From Pelomyxa schiedti (Eukaryota > Protista > Evosea): DNA of 64,000 bases. Positions 14,343 through 32,579 of this stretch are shown here, in pieces (position 1 is the stretch's first letter; each line of letters opens with the position of its first letter). The stretch is from NCBI GenBank assembly GCA_020536535.1, contig JAHLWZ010000833.1, positions 1 through 64,000 of the forward strand, in the 5' to 3' direction. Below the pieces are notes generated by a model, which searched no databases, was not told the DNA's origin, and saw nothing but the letters and a program-made list of their open reading frames with translations. Both the position numbers and the translations under genes were made by a program.

Positions 14343-14475
14343 GCATTAGTACCCGGACAACGTTTCGAACGTGCCGTATTGCCCCAAAAAAAAAAGAACA
14401 GCACCAATACGAATTGGGCTTGTGATTGCAGATCTTGTCGATCTGATCTAGACAGACAGTTTATTCGGCACAGCG

Positions 14476-16526
14476 ATGATACACACGCAAGGTGCAGTGG
14501 CCTACACGCAGGAGGTGGTAGGTGGGTCGGGCAAGGATGTAAAAGCGACGTACAAAAAGGCTGTGCTTATCACCGTCGCTATAGTTCTCGCTGTAGTTGT
14601 GGTTGCAACCGTAACTGCGGGTACTGATCCTTTTTTTCTCCTAGATCTTAGTTGTGGTGTGTTAATTCTATGCAAAGGTTCTGTCAGGTTTGCCAACAGG
14701 CCACGAGATTACATTGCCGACCATATAACTGTGGAAGGATTGACCTCCCACTTAAATGCTCTCCAAGACATCGCGAATAAGAACAATGGCAATCGTGCTG
14801 CCAACACCACTGGTTATGTGGAATCCATGCGTTACGTTGTGGAAACTTTGCAGAATTACACAGACTTGATTGTATCTACCCAGGAGATACCGTACTGGGG
14901 ATTTGAACTCCTTGGGACGCCTTTCTTGAATCAGATCTCACCTAAGACAGTCCAATATATCCGCGGGGACGATTTCGAAGTTCTGACATACTCTGGTTCT
15001 GGGACAGTGACTTCTCCAATATTCATTGTACCAGAGTATGGGTGCACTGATGCAGATTACGCAGGTATATCCTTAAATTCTACTGCCTGCAAAAAAGTCT
15101 TGTCTCATGATTCCTAGATTTCATTCCTGGTTACATTGCTCTCGTTAAAACTAAAGGGAACTGTACCAACAAAATTAAGGCGCTAACAGCACAAGCGTAA
15201 TCATTCTTTTCATCTGTGCTAGATTTGTTGCTCATCTAACCTTAGCAACCAAGCAAGTGCTTTAATTGTCTGGACTGCAGATGGGAGTACAACCCTGTCA
15301 TCTGGGTACACACGTGGTGCCACAATTCCTACTCTTTCACTTTCTTATACTGCTGGGCTTATGCTTTCTGAGCAAGGTGACACAACTTTGTCCCTGCAGG
15401 TTTATGTCGCGGCTGGAAAAAAACTCAACACATGCAGGTTTCTTCACAAATTGTGGAACTATCTTCTTTCAATGTTATTGCTGAAACCCCTGATGTAAAT
15501 TACAAGAATCATCAACAACACTTACACTCATCTGACAGGGCAACAGCAGTGCCGTAGTTGTAGTGGGCGCACATTTAGATTCTGGAGAGGATGCCTCTGG
15601 GATCAATGACAATGGGAGGTACTACAGTGTGTTAAATCTTATTTCGTTCACGTTGTACAACAGCGGTGTGGCTGCAGTTCTCGAAATGGCTCTTAACGTT
15701 GACGAGTAAGTGGCCTATCAATCTTTTTTTTCCCCTTAATTGTCACTAGTGCACGTTATGAAAATAAAATTGTTTTTGGGTTCTGGGGTGCAGAGGAGTA
15801 TGGCCTCTGGGGTTCCCGATATTATGTACAGGTAGAAATTAAATGGAAGAAAAAAAACCGAAAATTAATTAAAAATAGCACAGAGAAGAGTACCAGTACA
15901 CAATTTTGGCTTGTATGATTATCATGTATATCCCTGCAAGTTTTCCTTTCTCAACCATTTAAGATTTGAACTTGGATATGATTGGAAGCCCAAATTATAT
16001 CCACATGATACTCAAAGCTTCAACAGCCCCAGGAACACCCGCTTTGCAACAATCCTGTGCCGTTATTCAGGTATTTTTGAATCCTTACCAAAATAATTGA
16101 TTTTACCAAGGACTCACTGGAGGAACACTTTAATGACTCCGGCGTACCTTTTGGTTATTCGGCATACGCTAACAATTCAGACTACGGTCCATTTGTGGAT
16201 GAAGGAATAGCTGCTAATAGTCTTCAGGCTGGTGCCGGTTTGTGACATACCCGTTCGAATGGATGTAACATACCCAAATTCAGGTGAAGTAAAAACGACT
16301 GAGCAAAGACACGTTTTTGGAGGCATTGCCCACGCACCCTGTGATCCATGTGTGCATTCCACTATGTCCAGCCCGTTATAACGCAACTATAGGTTACCAC
16401 CTGGCCTGTGATACAATGGACAATGTGGATATTGACGCCTTGTACATAGAGGCAAAGATCTGTGCACAAGTCGTCCACGATCTCGCCAGGGAGTCACACC
16501 TCCAAAAATACCTGTACTCACAGTAA
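14476..16526 (+). CDS. M28 family zinc aminopeptidase with PA domain and N-terminal transmembrane anchor
   Basis: HLNALQDIANKNNGNRAA, GAHLDS, GINDNGSG, FWGAEEYGLWGS, YLNLDMIGSPN, SDYGPF and YHLACDT; the usual Zn ligands are present. TM segment AVLITVAIVLAVVVV. Confidence 0.9.
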
Positions 16527-16664
16527 CACAAATACATCCTTTTCTATCCAAACCCAAAAAAAACTTCAGAAGAACTTTGTTTTTATTTAACATTGCAAGG
16601 TACAAGGGGCAAACAAAAAAAGCACAAACAAAAATCCAAAATTGTGTGTTGTGTGGAGAGGGTC

Positions 16665-18032
16665 TCAGGGCAAAGTGACCAATGAAGCACGGGCTACAGC
16701 TTGAAGTAGGCTGTCTCTAAGCAAGCGTGGTTCCACGTGGGTTGAAGGAGGTGGGACTGCTTTGAGTGCCAGTGGTGATGTGAGTGCTGGGGAGCCGGAG
16801 GGAGGGGAGTCACTTGGAGAAGAAGTTGCGGGAGGGTTTATGGTGCTGTTGGAATTGTTGCCGGAATTGTGGGAATCGCTGTGAGGGCTGGGACTGTGGC
16901 TGTGGATGTTGTTGTTGTGCTTGGGGCTGTTGTTGGCGTTCGGCCCGCTTAGTGTAGCTGATGTTGATGTTGGTGGTGGTGCTGTGGTAGTTGTGGTTAA
17001 AGTCGGTGGGGATAGATTTACAATGCAGTTGGGCTGAATAAGACCACTTTCTGCACTGCGGCGGATTGCTTCCTTCTCACTCCTGAGCCGCTTGGAAAAC
17101 TGTAACCCGCAGGCGTTACATAACCTAAGGAAATAAGATGCTAAAGAAAAGGTTAAGTGGGAATTTACGTGTTGGGTCCATCTTTTCCACGCCTCCACTC
17201 AGGTGTGCTGGAGGTTCCACATTCAGCACAGTGCAGGGGCTTTTTCACAGGTGGGCGCCCTCTTTTCCTCTTTACGGGTGTTGAGCTATCAATTTGGGCA
17301 GAATTCCTTGTAGTGGCTCTTGTTGATTCTGCCATAGTAGGAGGCACATTGGCAGAGTCAGTGACCGGACCCGCACAGCGAAAATTGATCAAGTCAAGGA
17401 GGGGGTCGTGTAAAACACTGAATGGGAAGTGAGCAGTCAGTAGTGCGTTCTTTCTGTCTTCAGAAAAGAATCCACGGCAAGGTCTTGGTGCTCCAACGGA
17501 AGGAAACGCAACTGGCGGTGGAGGCACTGTGACTGGATTGGCATCCAGAGTGTCAACTCCCTTCTCCGAGGCAGCTGCACAACAAGGCGATCCCCGTTCA
17601 TCATCCTTAAGGTCAGGATTCACTGCTGGAAGCTTTTCCTATGAAGAAGCATCAGTTAGGGTTTTCTCAAATAGCAACGTGGAGGTGGATGGAATGGTAA
17701 TATAGTCCATAGAAGGCATATTTAGTTTTGATTTTGATTTCTTCAAGCATACTGAAGTGAGTGAAACGTGACCGCCAACCAATGTAGCAGTTTTCAGGTC
17801 GCGAATTTCAGAAACTAGCCTTATGGCCAGTAGCTCCGTCATTTCGAGCTCAGACGAAGTTATGGGACGCACTTGCCCCTCTTCTGCAATACGAAGAACT
17901 GCCTCAGCAATTGGCTTGATCTTGGTTGTTGGGGTCAGGAAGGAACCAAGACAAATTTGGGCAAGAAAAAAAGTAGAGGGCATTCAGTCTGTGGAATACC
18001 ATCTTAGTCCAAGTGTCTTGTTGTGCCCACAT
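16665..18032 (-). CDS. GATA zinc-finger transcription factor with AT-hook-like motif
   Basis: [28 protein letters not shown] joined across an intron; KRKRGRPP just upstream; start codon uncertain. Confidence 0.85.
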
Positions 18033-18789
18033 TTCGGTTTTATGTGCCAACCACGTGACTCTTGGGGTTTTTTTTTATTTTTTTTTTTTACAGTCTTTTG
18101 GTGCCGTCTTTTCTGTTGTGTCTTTGACTTCAGCATTGCTTATTTTCACGTTGTTGGACGTAAATTTTGCACGTCGTTTTCTCAAAAATGTACTCAAATC
18201 ATGTTTGTTGGATTTTTTGTTGGATTCAGTCGGAGAAAACGTAGTTGGTCCCGGCCGATTCCGCCTGAAATGCTGATCTCAAAATCCACTATACGGAACT
18301 CCAGTATCCCAAACACGGGCAGAAGGAAAAGCCCCCGAACGAGATGTAAACTCACGCACGGAGTGGTACATTCCCATTATCTAACTAATCCAATCGGTTG
18401 TACTCACAGGTTTCATAACTCCTCTGAATGAGCCTCTGAATGGAGAACGGGAAGAACTTTGTTCAGGTGAGGGAGATTAGGGGATTGGACAGTCAGGTTC
18501 CAGATCTTTCCGGGACGTTTTGTACCTTGCTATTTATGAACAGAAAAAGAGAAAGGATTTTCAGCGGGACACTGCCTCAATTGATTTGGCTACCTTCATC
18601 AATCCCCATTTCTCTGGATTCCACGAAGTGTGACGTTGATCCACAGTTGCTGCCGGCCGAAAGAGGAAAAAAAAGAAGAACGAAAAAACTTTTGTAGGGT
18701 GCGTCGTCCTCATCAACGACACCTCTCTTCTAAAACTACAACAAAAAAGCCAAACACACCCGGATCTAGATCTTGTTTGGTTGTGCTAC

Positions 18790-24443
<5,654 letters not shown>

Positions 24444-24561
24444 GCTTTCTTAATACAAGTTTTTGTTGTGTCCTTTTTTACTGCTTCTTCCAAAGTCTTG
24501 TAAAAAAAAAAAAGGGTAACACCTTCCGTGTTTGTGTTTCTTTTTTATTGGGATTTGACTG

Positions 24562-27234
24562 TTAGGATTTGTGTTTTCGTTTGTGAATCAAGTAGTGCTG
24601 TGTGTATACTGAAAACAACTGTGTCTGCAAAAATGCGTTGAGGAAAGGTTTGTTCTCCTTTCTGGACACGTTCGTCATGTGAGTGCACAAGTCCTCTACA
24701 CTGTCAGTTGGCTGGGCTATGTATGTGGCTGTAACTTGGTGCATAAGCCAGCCCATCCACTCTCGTAGCACTGTTTGTATCTCTGCCACAAGTTGAAGCT
24801 GCTTAGGCGTGGCTCTTTCACATGCCGTGTCTTCGGTATTGTTGGGGGCGGGGGCTGTGGGTGGTGGAGTAGCAGAAGGTGTCACTGAGCTAGTCTGAGT
24901 GGGGGTTACACCACCGGTAGCGGCGTCGACTGTGGAAGAACTATTACTGGATCCTCCAGGGAGCAGAGATGAAAGGGATGCGCCTTTGAGAGAGGCTGGA
25001 AGCCGGAATGCTGGGGAAGGGATATGCCATGGTGGGGGCACAAAGAGTTTGCTGTGGAAAGGTTTCAGCCTGTCAACCAGTTTGGATCCCTCTGGCAAGT
25101 TTGGTAGAGGGGATCCACAGTTGGTCAGTTTCCCTCCATTTTGCAGGTCGACGACAATGCAATTTGGTGGCGGGTGTTGACGATGAAGGGTTTGAGTGCC
25201 AATAATGAAAGGGACAGGGGCATCGAAGCAATCCTGCATGTGTGACGGAAGTACAGGTACAAAAATGCCCTGCCATGTCAGGGGCCTCATAAGAGGAACA
25301 AGAGCGAGGACACAGGACGTGAGTATGCTGATGCTGTTGCATATAACAATAATGCTTCTTTCGCATAATATGGCTGAGAGAAGACGAATTATACCTTTTT
25401 TCCGAGTGAGGACAAAGATGAGAAGAGTGAAAAGTACAATCTAAGGGAAGCTGTTGGAAAAGACAAGACAAGCCCCATTCAGCTAAAATTATAGCTGAGG
25501 CATCATCTGGTCTTTCTGTCTTGGGACATCTGAAAAGGTGCTCTCTGGGGTCTCCTGGTAAACTTTTTGAATATTAGGGGTCGAGAGCTGTGATACTGGG
25601 AGAAACCGGAATAAAACATGCTCTCCGAGCCTTGGAGGACGGATATTTGTATAACAGAAGTCAATCAAGTCTATCACCTCTTTTGCGTTAACTGGTATTG
25701 TGGCATTTGGGGAGAGAAGCTGTGGGGTTGTTGTTGCTGATGGGGATTTGTGTGGAGACCCTGGTACAAGAGATTCCACCAAGTCAAATTGCTTACTGAA
25801 GCACGCTAGACGCTCTTTGCCTATACGAAGAAAGTCAGAATTAGCTTCTGCGGGATAGTCAACCAACAACAGCAGCGAGAATGTCATTGAGAAGTGGCAA
25901 AAAAGGGAAATGTGAAAGTAAGCAATAACATCGCTGTGCAAGAACAATGGTAGGTTCCTTGGTTGGAGATGCAGGGTTTGGTGGTAGCACACAGAGTACA
26001 TCAAGTACAACAGCGCATATCCCTGAAAGAGAATGATGTTAAGGTTGTTTCTCTCATAATGGAGTAATACCATAGGTACCGCCTTTCTCATTGGTGAGAG
26101 TGAACACAAACATTGTTGGATTTTTCCCATATAGCTTGGAAGTCACAGAAGAAGCTGCCACTTTGAAAATGCGCACGCCATCTGGAAAGCAGAAGTCCAA
26201 CAGCTAATAGGAATGATTATGGTAAGTTTATTTGAGATAGAATTGGAAAAGAGACTAACCTTTGGCGGCAGAGGCTCTGTTGCAGTTATTACTTTGGATG
26301 ATGAAGTTGGGGGAGATTGAGAGGCTGATTGCGGAGGGTAAACAAACAACAGGCGGGGTGCCAACGGTTTGTCTTCTGAGAGTGCTGTTACATCATGCAT
26401 AGTTACTCCTGGTGTTACTGGTGCAGGTGCAGGGTCACTTACTTTCAAGGGGTGCTCAGAGGTTGTCGTGGGGGAAACGGAAGAATTTTCGGAAGCTAGT
26501 GAGGGCTGAGGTGTTACATTTTCTGGAGTTACTGATGACGGAGATGCTGATTGCGTTGGCTTAGTTTCATTTTCAGGGGGAACCTGTTCGTTTTGTGTGG
26601 GGAGTTGGGGGACTTCTTTATGCTCCAACGGATCGATGGGCTTCTCAGATAAAGCCAACGAAGCATCCACAACAGGCTCAGTGGCCACTTGCTCAGTTGT
26701 CACTGTACCGTTGTCGTTACCAGATTCAGTAGGCTGTGAGGCTTGTTTGGGTTCTCCAAGTGGAGTGGAACCGTCTGCTACAACAGCTCCATCCGGTTGC
26801 GTGTCAGAAGGCTTGGAGTCCGACTTGTCATTGGCGGTGCCCTGCGACGTTGGTGTCTCCGTGGCTACGGCATCAGCGCTTGTCGTAGGCTGTGTACCTT
26901 CCACAGGCGGTGTCTTCTCTTCCGTGGGTGTGGAATTTGAGGCACTTACGAGAGGGGGATCTGGCGCGGCAGGAGTTGCACTATCCGAAGCCGCGATCGT
27001 CGCGGTGGACGGGGTGGTTTCGGCAGTTGTGTGTGGCGTCGCAGCGAGATCTCGGTCAGTCTGTTTCGGCGAGGGCGGAGTGGGTGAAGATGGCGACAGA
27101 TTCGCGTGCGGCTGTTGTGACACGAGCGTCGCAGTTACGCCCGCAATGGCAAAGTGCGTGAAGATCCCACTACGGGGTGACGTTGCAAAGTTGAGCAGTC
27201 GCTCGATCGGAGACACCTGATCATCAAACGACAT
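24562..27234 (-). CDS. DENN-domain protein (putative Rab GEF)
   Basis: FTHFAIAG...PRLLFVYP, FCFPDG, RCYCFLS, ILLSAI, RPLTWQGIFVPVLP, APVPFIIG and FLQTQLF motifs; long P/S/T-rich insertion. Confidence 0.88.
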
Positions 27235-27421
27235 CAATTCTTGCTTTTTCTTTTCAGTTTTCGCAAGAAGAAGAAGTCCCACACATGTGCCCCTAACAAA
27301 CTTTCGTCAAGTTGCAGGCAACACATGCCAAAAGAATGGCACCAGTTCCCGGCAGATCCAAGCGAAGGGGTGCCAATTTCGAGTAGATCATTTTATATTA
27401 AATTAAAGGGAAAGGGACACC

Positions 27422-29042
27422 ATGAGTGGGGATGAAGGGGAGAGCGAAGAGCCAAACGACGAGGACAACGAAGTGCAACTGGGGTTTGTCGAAAAAAACA
27501 CCGAGGAGCGATTTCTGACGCGCGAGTGGTTACCGAATAAGATCGGAGGAAAACCTGTACATACCCTTGCGCTTTCTTTACGGTTTTCACTGTTTTTAGG
27601 CGTGGCTTGTTCCCATCAATCTGCCTCACCCGTCCGTTTTGGTGTGCTCTTCGTGCTCCCTGCCACTGTGGTTCCTTATGCAGGTAATATCCCCCATTTC
27701 TTCACTTCTTTCTAAACCTTTTTTTTTCCTTGAGATTTACGCACCGCTGGAGCATAGAGATGACACCCACCACAGAGCTATTTTCATTTTTTGCTGCAAG
27801 ACGTGCTCTACATTTAAAGCATTCCGCACTCAGCTTCCAAATGAGAATCCCTTCTATTCACCTTCCATGGAAAGTGAAGGCAGTGGAAGCAGTGGGGAAG
27901 AGGGAGAAGGTGTGGAACGGGAGCACGGTGAGGGTGAGGCTGAAGCAAACGCTTCACCTACTGTCTCTACTTCAGCATCCTCCTCAACTTCAGTAATAAC
28001 ACCTCCTTCCACTGTGCCCTCAGATTCTGCAGCTTCCTCCCCATTGACAGGTAATAGCGACGATGAGGATGAAGCAAGTTATCGCACACACATTGAGATC
28101 AAGGAAGGGATTAAATGCAGTCCCCTTTGTGAAGTATGTGGAATACTTGCGCCAAGCGCTTGCAGTAAATGCCATGTGGCTCGTTATTGCTCACCAACTC
28201 ATCAAAAATTCGACTGGGAATTTCACTCTTCGGAGTGTGCGTGTCTAATCTTGTATCTCCTTTCTGAAATTGCCTACTGACCCCCCAAAAGGCCAGTCAC
28301 TACTAACGGGGGTTGCCACTACCCCACTTCCTCATCCGAAATGCGTTGGAGTCTTTCCTCAGTTTGAATTAGTCACCGAGTGTGAGCCAGCTGAAGACAC
28401 TATACCTGACGATGTTGCAAGAAAGTAATTCCATCAACTATACTTTTTGGATTAATTACTTGTCCCAGGCTACATGAACTTGAAATGTCGGAGGGGACAA
28501 CATACAATAAAGGAGACGAAGATTCGAAAGCAATGCAAGATATCCACCGAAAAATGAAGGTCGACAAGGTTTTTGTCCACTTTCAACAGAGGGTAGCTAG
28601 AGCCCCATCTCAGGTCCTAAGGTAAGCTCCATGCACCCCTTTTTCCTTAATGTTTCCAACAGATATGCTCATTTCCCAACTGGGGCTCTGTGGGTATCTG
28701 AAAAGAATATCCCTCGTCCTCAAGGTTATTTGTCTCCCGATGCAAAGCTATACTTATTATTCATCAGACATCCCTCCTTGTCAAAATTGTGGTGCACCAC
28801 GGACATTTGAATTTCAGATACTTCCGCAGTTGATCTATTTTCTTGGAGTAGACCCCCAAGTATCCTCCTTTGACTGGGGAACAGCCGCCGTATTCACTTG
28901 CTCTTCCAGTTGTGCCCCCGGTCTGACTGCTTCCCCAACATCAACACATTCCACACACCCGACAACAACCACAAGTACCCCAACACCTACACCACATTGT
29001 TGTTCCTATGTGGAGGAATTTATTTGGAAACAAGACCATTGA
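27422..29042 (+). CDS. PDCD2: Programmed cell death protein 2 (zf-MYND + PDCD2_C)
   Basis: VQLGF, KIGGKP, IYAP..HRAIFIFCC, MYND CEVC..CSKC..YCS..HQ..W..H, and IPPCQNCGAPRTFEFQILPQL, DWGT, YVEEF. Confidence 0.9.
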
Positions 29043-29063
29043 ATTAAATTTACAACTTTCTAT

Positions 29064-32000
29064 TCAAGAAGAAGCAAACAAAGTCTTATCAGTGAAGGCT
29101 CTGAGTGACTGATACAAGGAGGTGAGTGAGGTGGGAATGTGTGCTGTGGTATTGGCTTCAGATGTCGTAATGTCTTCCATATCATTTCGTATCGTGCACA
29201 GCTGAGTGAGCAGGGCGTCCGTCTCAACTTGCCGTGCTGTTGATGTGCTGTAGTAGGTGGGCCAGCTTTTCCCTGTGGCGAGTGAAGCAAGCCTGGAACA
29301 GATGCAACCATGTAAGGCGGGAACAGCGGCTAGAGCAACTTCTCCATCTCCGGTAATAGACAGGCATACATCGCTTTGTGCGGGATTCACTCCTCGTGAA
29401 ATTGGTTGCTGCGCCTGGTGGGTGCCAGATGAAGGGCTTAGGCGGAAATGCAGGGTACCCATTTGAGTAAGGGATGACGCGGAGAGACCAGTTGCGTCGA
29501 CACTGTTGAAGCTACGGTGAGAATAGAAGGTATGTCAATGGGATGCACACCATTGTGGAGGGAGGTGTGGTAGTAACGCAGAAAGTGGCTGCTGCGCTGA
29601 CGTCCATGGCGCCAATGAAGGACTAATCACAATGGAGAATAATGGCGTGTGCACAGAGTGCTTTACTGGCTCGGTGGCAGAGAAGAAGTCCATTAAATCG
29701 AGTTGCTGGTTGGCAATGGTGGAGGAAAGAGCTTCATTGGTCATTAAAATCGGAGGGCAGGCGGCTCCCAAGCTTGCTGAAATGGTTTTTGTTGCAGCTG
29801 AAAGGAAAAAGTTGTTAGCAATAGAATAGAAGATATCCTCCAAACCATGATAGTTGGCAGACTGGAACTGGAATTTAAGACTAACTTCCACAGTTATAGG
29901 CACATAACATTCTTTTTCAAGTTGTGCTTCAAAAGCCCTAGTTTGTTTGGTAAGAAGGCAAAATGAAGACGGTAAACTCAACCATGCTTGACCAGGAATG
30001 AGGTTGTCAATGTCGCATTCCTTGGTCATCAGTACAGATGTATTGGTATTAATTTGTACAATGCCTAGAACGGTGTCAAGGCGGAGCTGTTGTTATAGAC
30101 ATACATTTCCAGTGACCATAAGAGAGCTCAAAAGGAGACTTATTTGTCAACTGGATTGTGATGACGGGGGTTGTTACTCTTTTTGTCCCGGATGGATGCA
30201 CACTCAAAAAAGGGGCTACAGTGCATGCTAGTGAATTGGGACTTCTGAAAAATTTTCAGTTAACTGAAGAGAATAAAAAAGTGCCAGTACTTGCTGCAGA
30301 CCCCTTGCAGGATAGAGATTGCTGCCGATAATACGTCAAGTTGACTGTGGTTCCACTGTAAGTGTCAGTAACCAAGACATTAAACATTAAACTGGTAAGA
30401 GGAGGTTGCAATCACGAAGCATACGTTACTTAGTGACTGTAAAGAGTCATGCTGCTTTGCTGAACATGTTATTTCTGTCAAAGCTCTCTTCAGAAGTAAT
30501 TGACTAGGTGAGGGTATATTTCCACTAAGTGGAACGTCTCTGTGTGACTCGCTAAACTTTGTTAAAGAAATCCTTTTGTGTTGTGGTGACAAGCCTAGCT
30601 TCCTGGTTGCAACAGGTTGTTCCCAGCGAAATAACAGCAACGCCACCATTTCGCATCAATGCAATAGCATGTCCATACAATTGTTTGCTGTTTTCCCCCA
30701 AATGATACATTTGTACCAACGCAGAGAGAGGAAGAATCTTAGGCCGAATTTCTTTTATTGTGTCAACAGTGATCGTGGGCAAACAGCAGAGGGAAACTTA
30801 CGTGTAACCTCAGTTTGTGGTAAAAGATAGTCACCAGGGAATAGAGGAGCAGTATAGGCAATTCCGCGGGATACATACAGCAATGAAGACTTGATTACAT
30901 TGAGATTAAGTGCAAAGAAAACGGCACACTTACGCCAACGCAAGAAGCACTTGCAATTTCCACTGGAGTGGGAAGAAGAAATATTCGGGTGGAAGAAGCA
31001 CCCCAAAGTGCCACCCATATAACTGCCACGGTCCCAGTTTCGCTGTCAAACCAACCTTAACAATTCTGGAAAGAAAAGAGGAAACAATACCTGAGTAACA
31101 CAAGAGTGTCAGCAAGTTTTGTACTAAAGGCACTATTTGAGGTGAGGATGATACTGTGAATGCCTCCCTAAGAAACTGGGTCACTTTGCTTGAATAATGG
31201 AGAGCGCAGGGGAGTAATACTCGTCAACGTCAGGTACCTACATTGACTGATAGGGGTTGCCTCGGTTGACAGGCTGGTTGCTTAAGGGGAAGGAAATGAA
31301 GTTTGCCTTCACTATCCCCAACCAGCAAGTCAAGTCTGTCATGTGTCCTATTGAGACTGAGAAGGGATTTGGTTTAGAGAAAAATTACGTTGAAGTGGAG
31401 TTATTTATTCTATCAAGTAAAGGGGCCGACACTTGAGTCACATCAGGATACAAGGGGTCATCGATATCAGAGATGGGTGGTTTTTGTTAAGGATGGAAAA
31501 AAAGAAGATTCCAGCATTGTCACAGGGTATAAAAAGATATCTTTAAGGGCAGTGATTGTAGCAGTCTGAGAAAGCACCCAAGTTGAACAAGCAACAAAAT
31601 CGGGTCCTGATCCTGACTGTGGCTTGAACAATGTTAGGGTGCCTTCACACCCGACCACCAACCCAATTGGTGTTTGTATCAATAGAATATGTACATCATC
31701 CTAGTATACTTAATTCACAAGATTCTAAAAAGGTGACAAACTAACCTTAGGAATCTTGTGAAATGGCTGTGAGAACTGGCACATATCAACAATTGGTGGG
31801 TCAATTTGACAACGATAAATGGTTGAATTGCTGCAAGCCGCCAATATTGTTGGCTGTGAAGTCAAAGTCGAGGAGGAACTTTGTGAGGCCGAGCTCTCAC
31901 TCTTTATTCGCGGAAACAAGGTGCTTGTGTAACTAGAGCTCACTGCCGTTGCTCTGGCAGGAAGCCTAAACATGAATCACAGATGAATCACACAACAGGC

Positions 32001-32316
32001 ATCTTTAATCAGCACAAAGGAGTCGGGGCAGAGCGGCACTAACCTCCAGTTAACCACAAATCCATCACCATCCATCCCAAAGCACAGTAGAGCCCCGCAA
32101 GATGAAGCGCCGACCAAAACAACACCCCCTGTCAATGTCCCTCCACTGTTTGTAAGTTGTAAGGAAGTAAATACAACAACCAGGCTAAAAAAACCCAGAA
32201 GCAGGTAAACTTGTTACTCACGTCTTCAAAACGTACGACTTTGTCGCACTGGCCAACAACACTCGCCTAGGGTCGCTCGTGTCACCTCCGAATCTGCCAA
32301 TCACCCGGCTCTTCAT
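29064..32316 (-). CDS. FAAP100-like protein (Fanconi anaemia core complex associated), multi-exon
   Basis: Remembered similarity only: LLVGDSEGKL, IQLTNKSPFELSYGHW, LDLMDF, ALHGCICSRL and terminal LTSLYQSLR occur in the order expected for FAAP100. Start MKSRVIGRF at 32316. Confidence 0.45.
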
Positions 32317-32579
32317 CGTTTTTTGATTGACAAAGTGGCTTGGACACTGTGAATACACTTAGCAAATCGATATTGATCTGCTGAGTGAGCACGGGTGCCA
32401 ATCCTGGGTTTTTTAGGTTATGTGGCAGACAAACGCTTATAAAGTGGAGGCAGGGGTATGATGTCTTTGTTTGAAAAAGTTTGTACAGTCCACTTTGTTG
32501 GCTTTCTCTTTTGAAGAATTGCCCAACATAAACAAAACTGGTGTCACATCACATTCCAGAATTGGAACGCACACAAAAC

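Noticed and set aside
15926-15963. atatccct resembling a U12-type intron donor in the M28 gene
   Set aside because: A normal GTATGA donor a few bases upstream restores ILAYLNLDM correctly.
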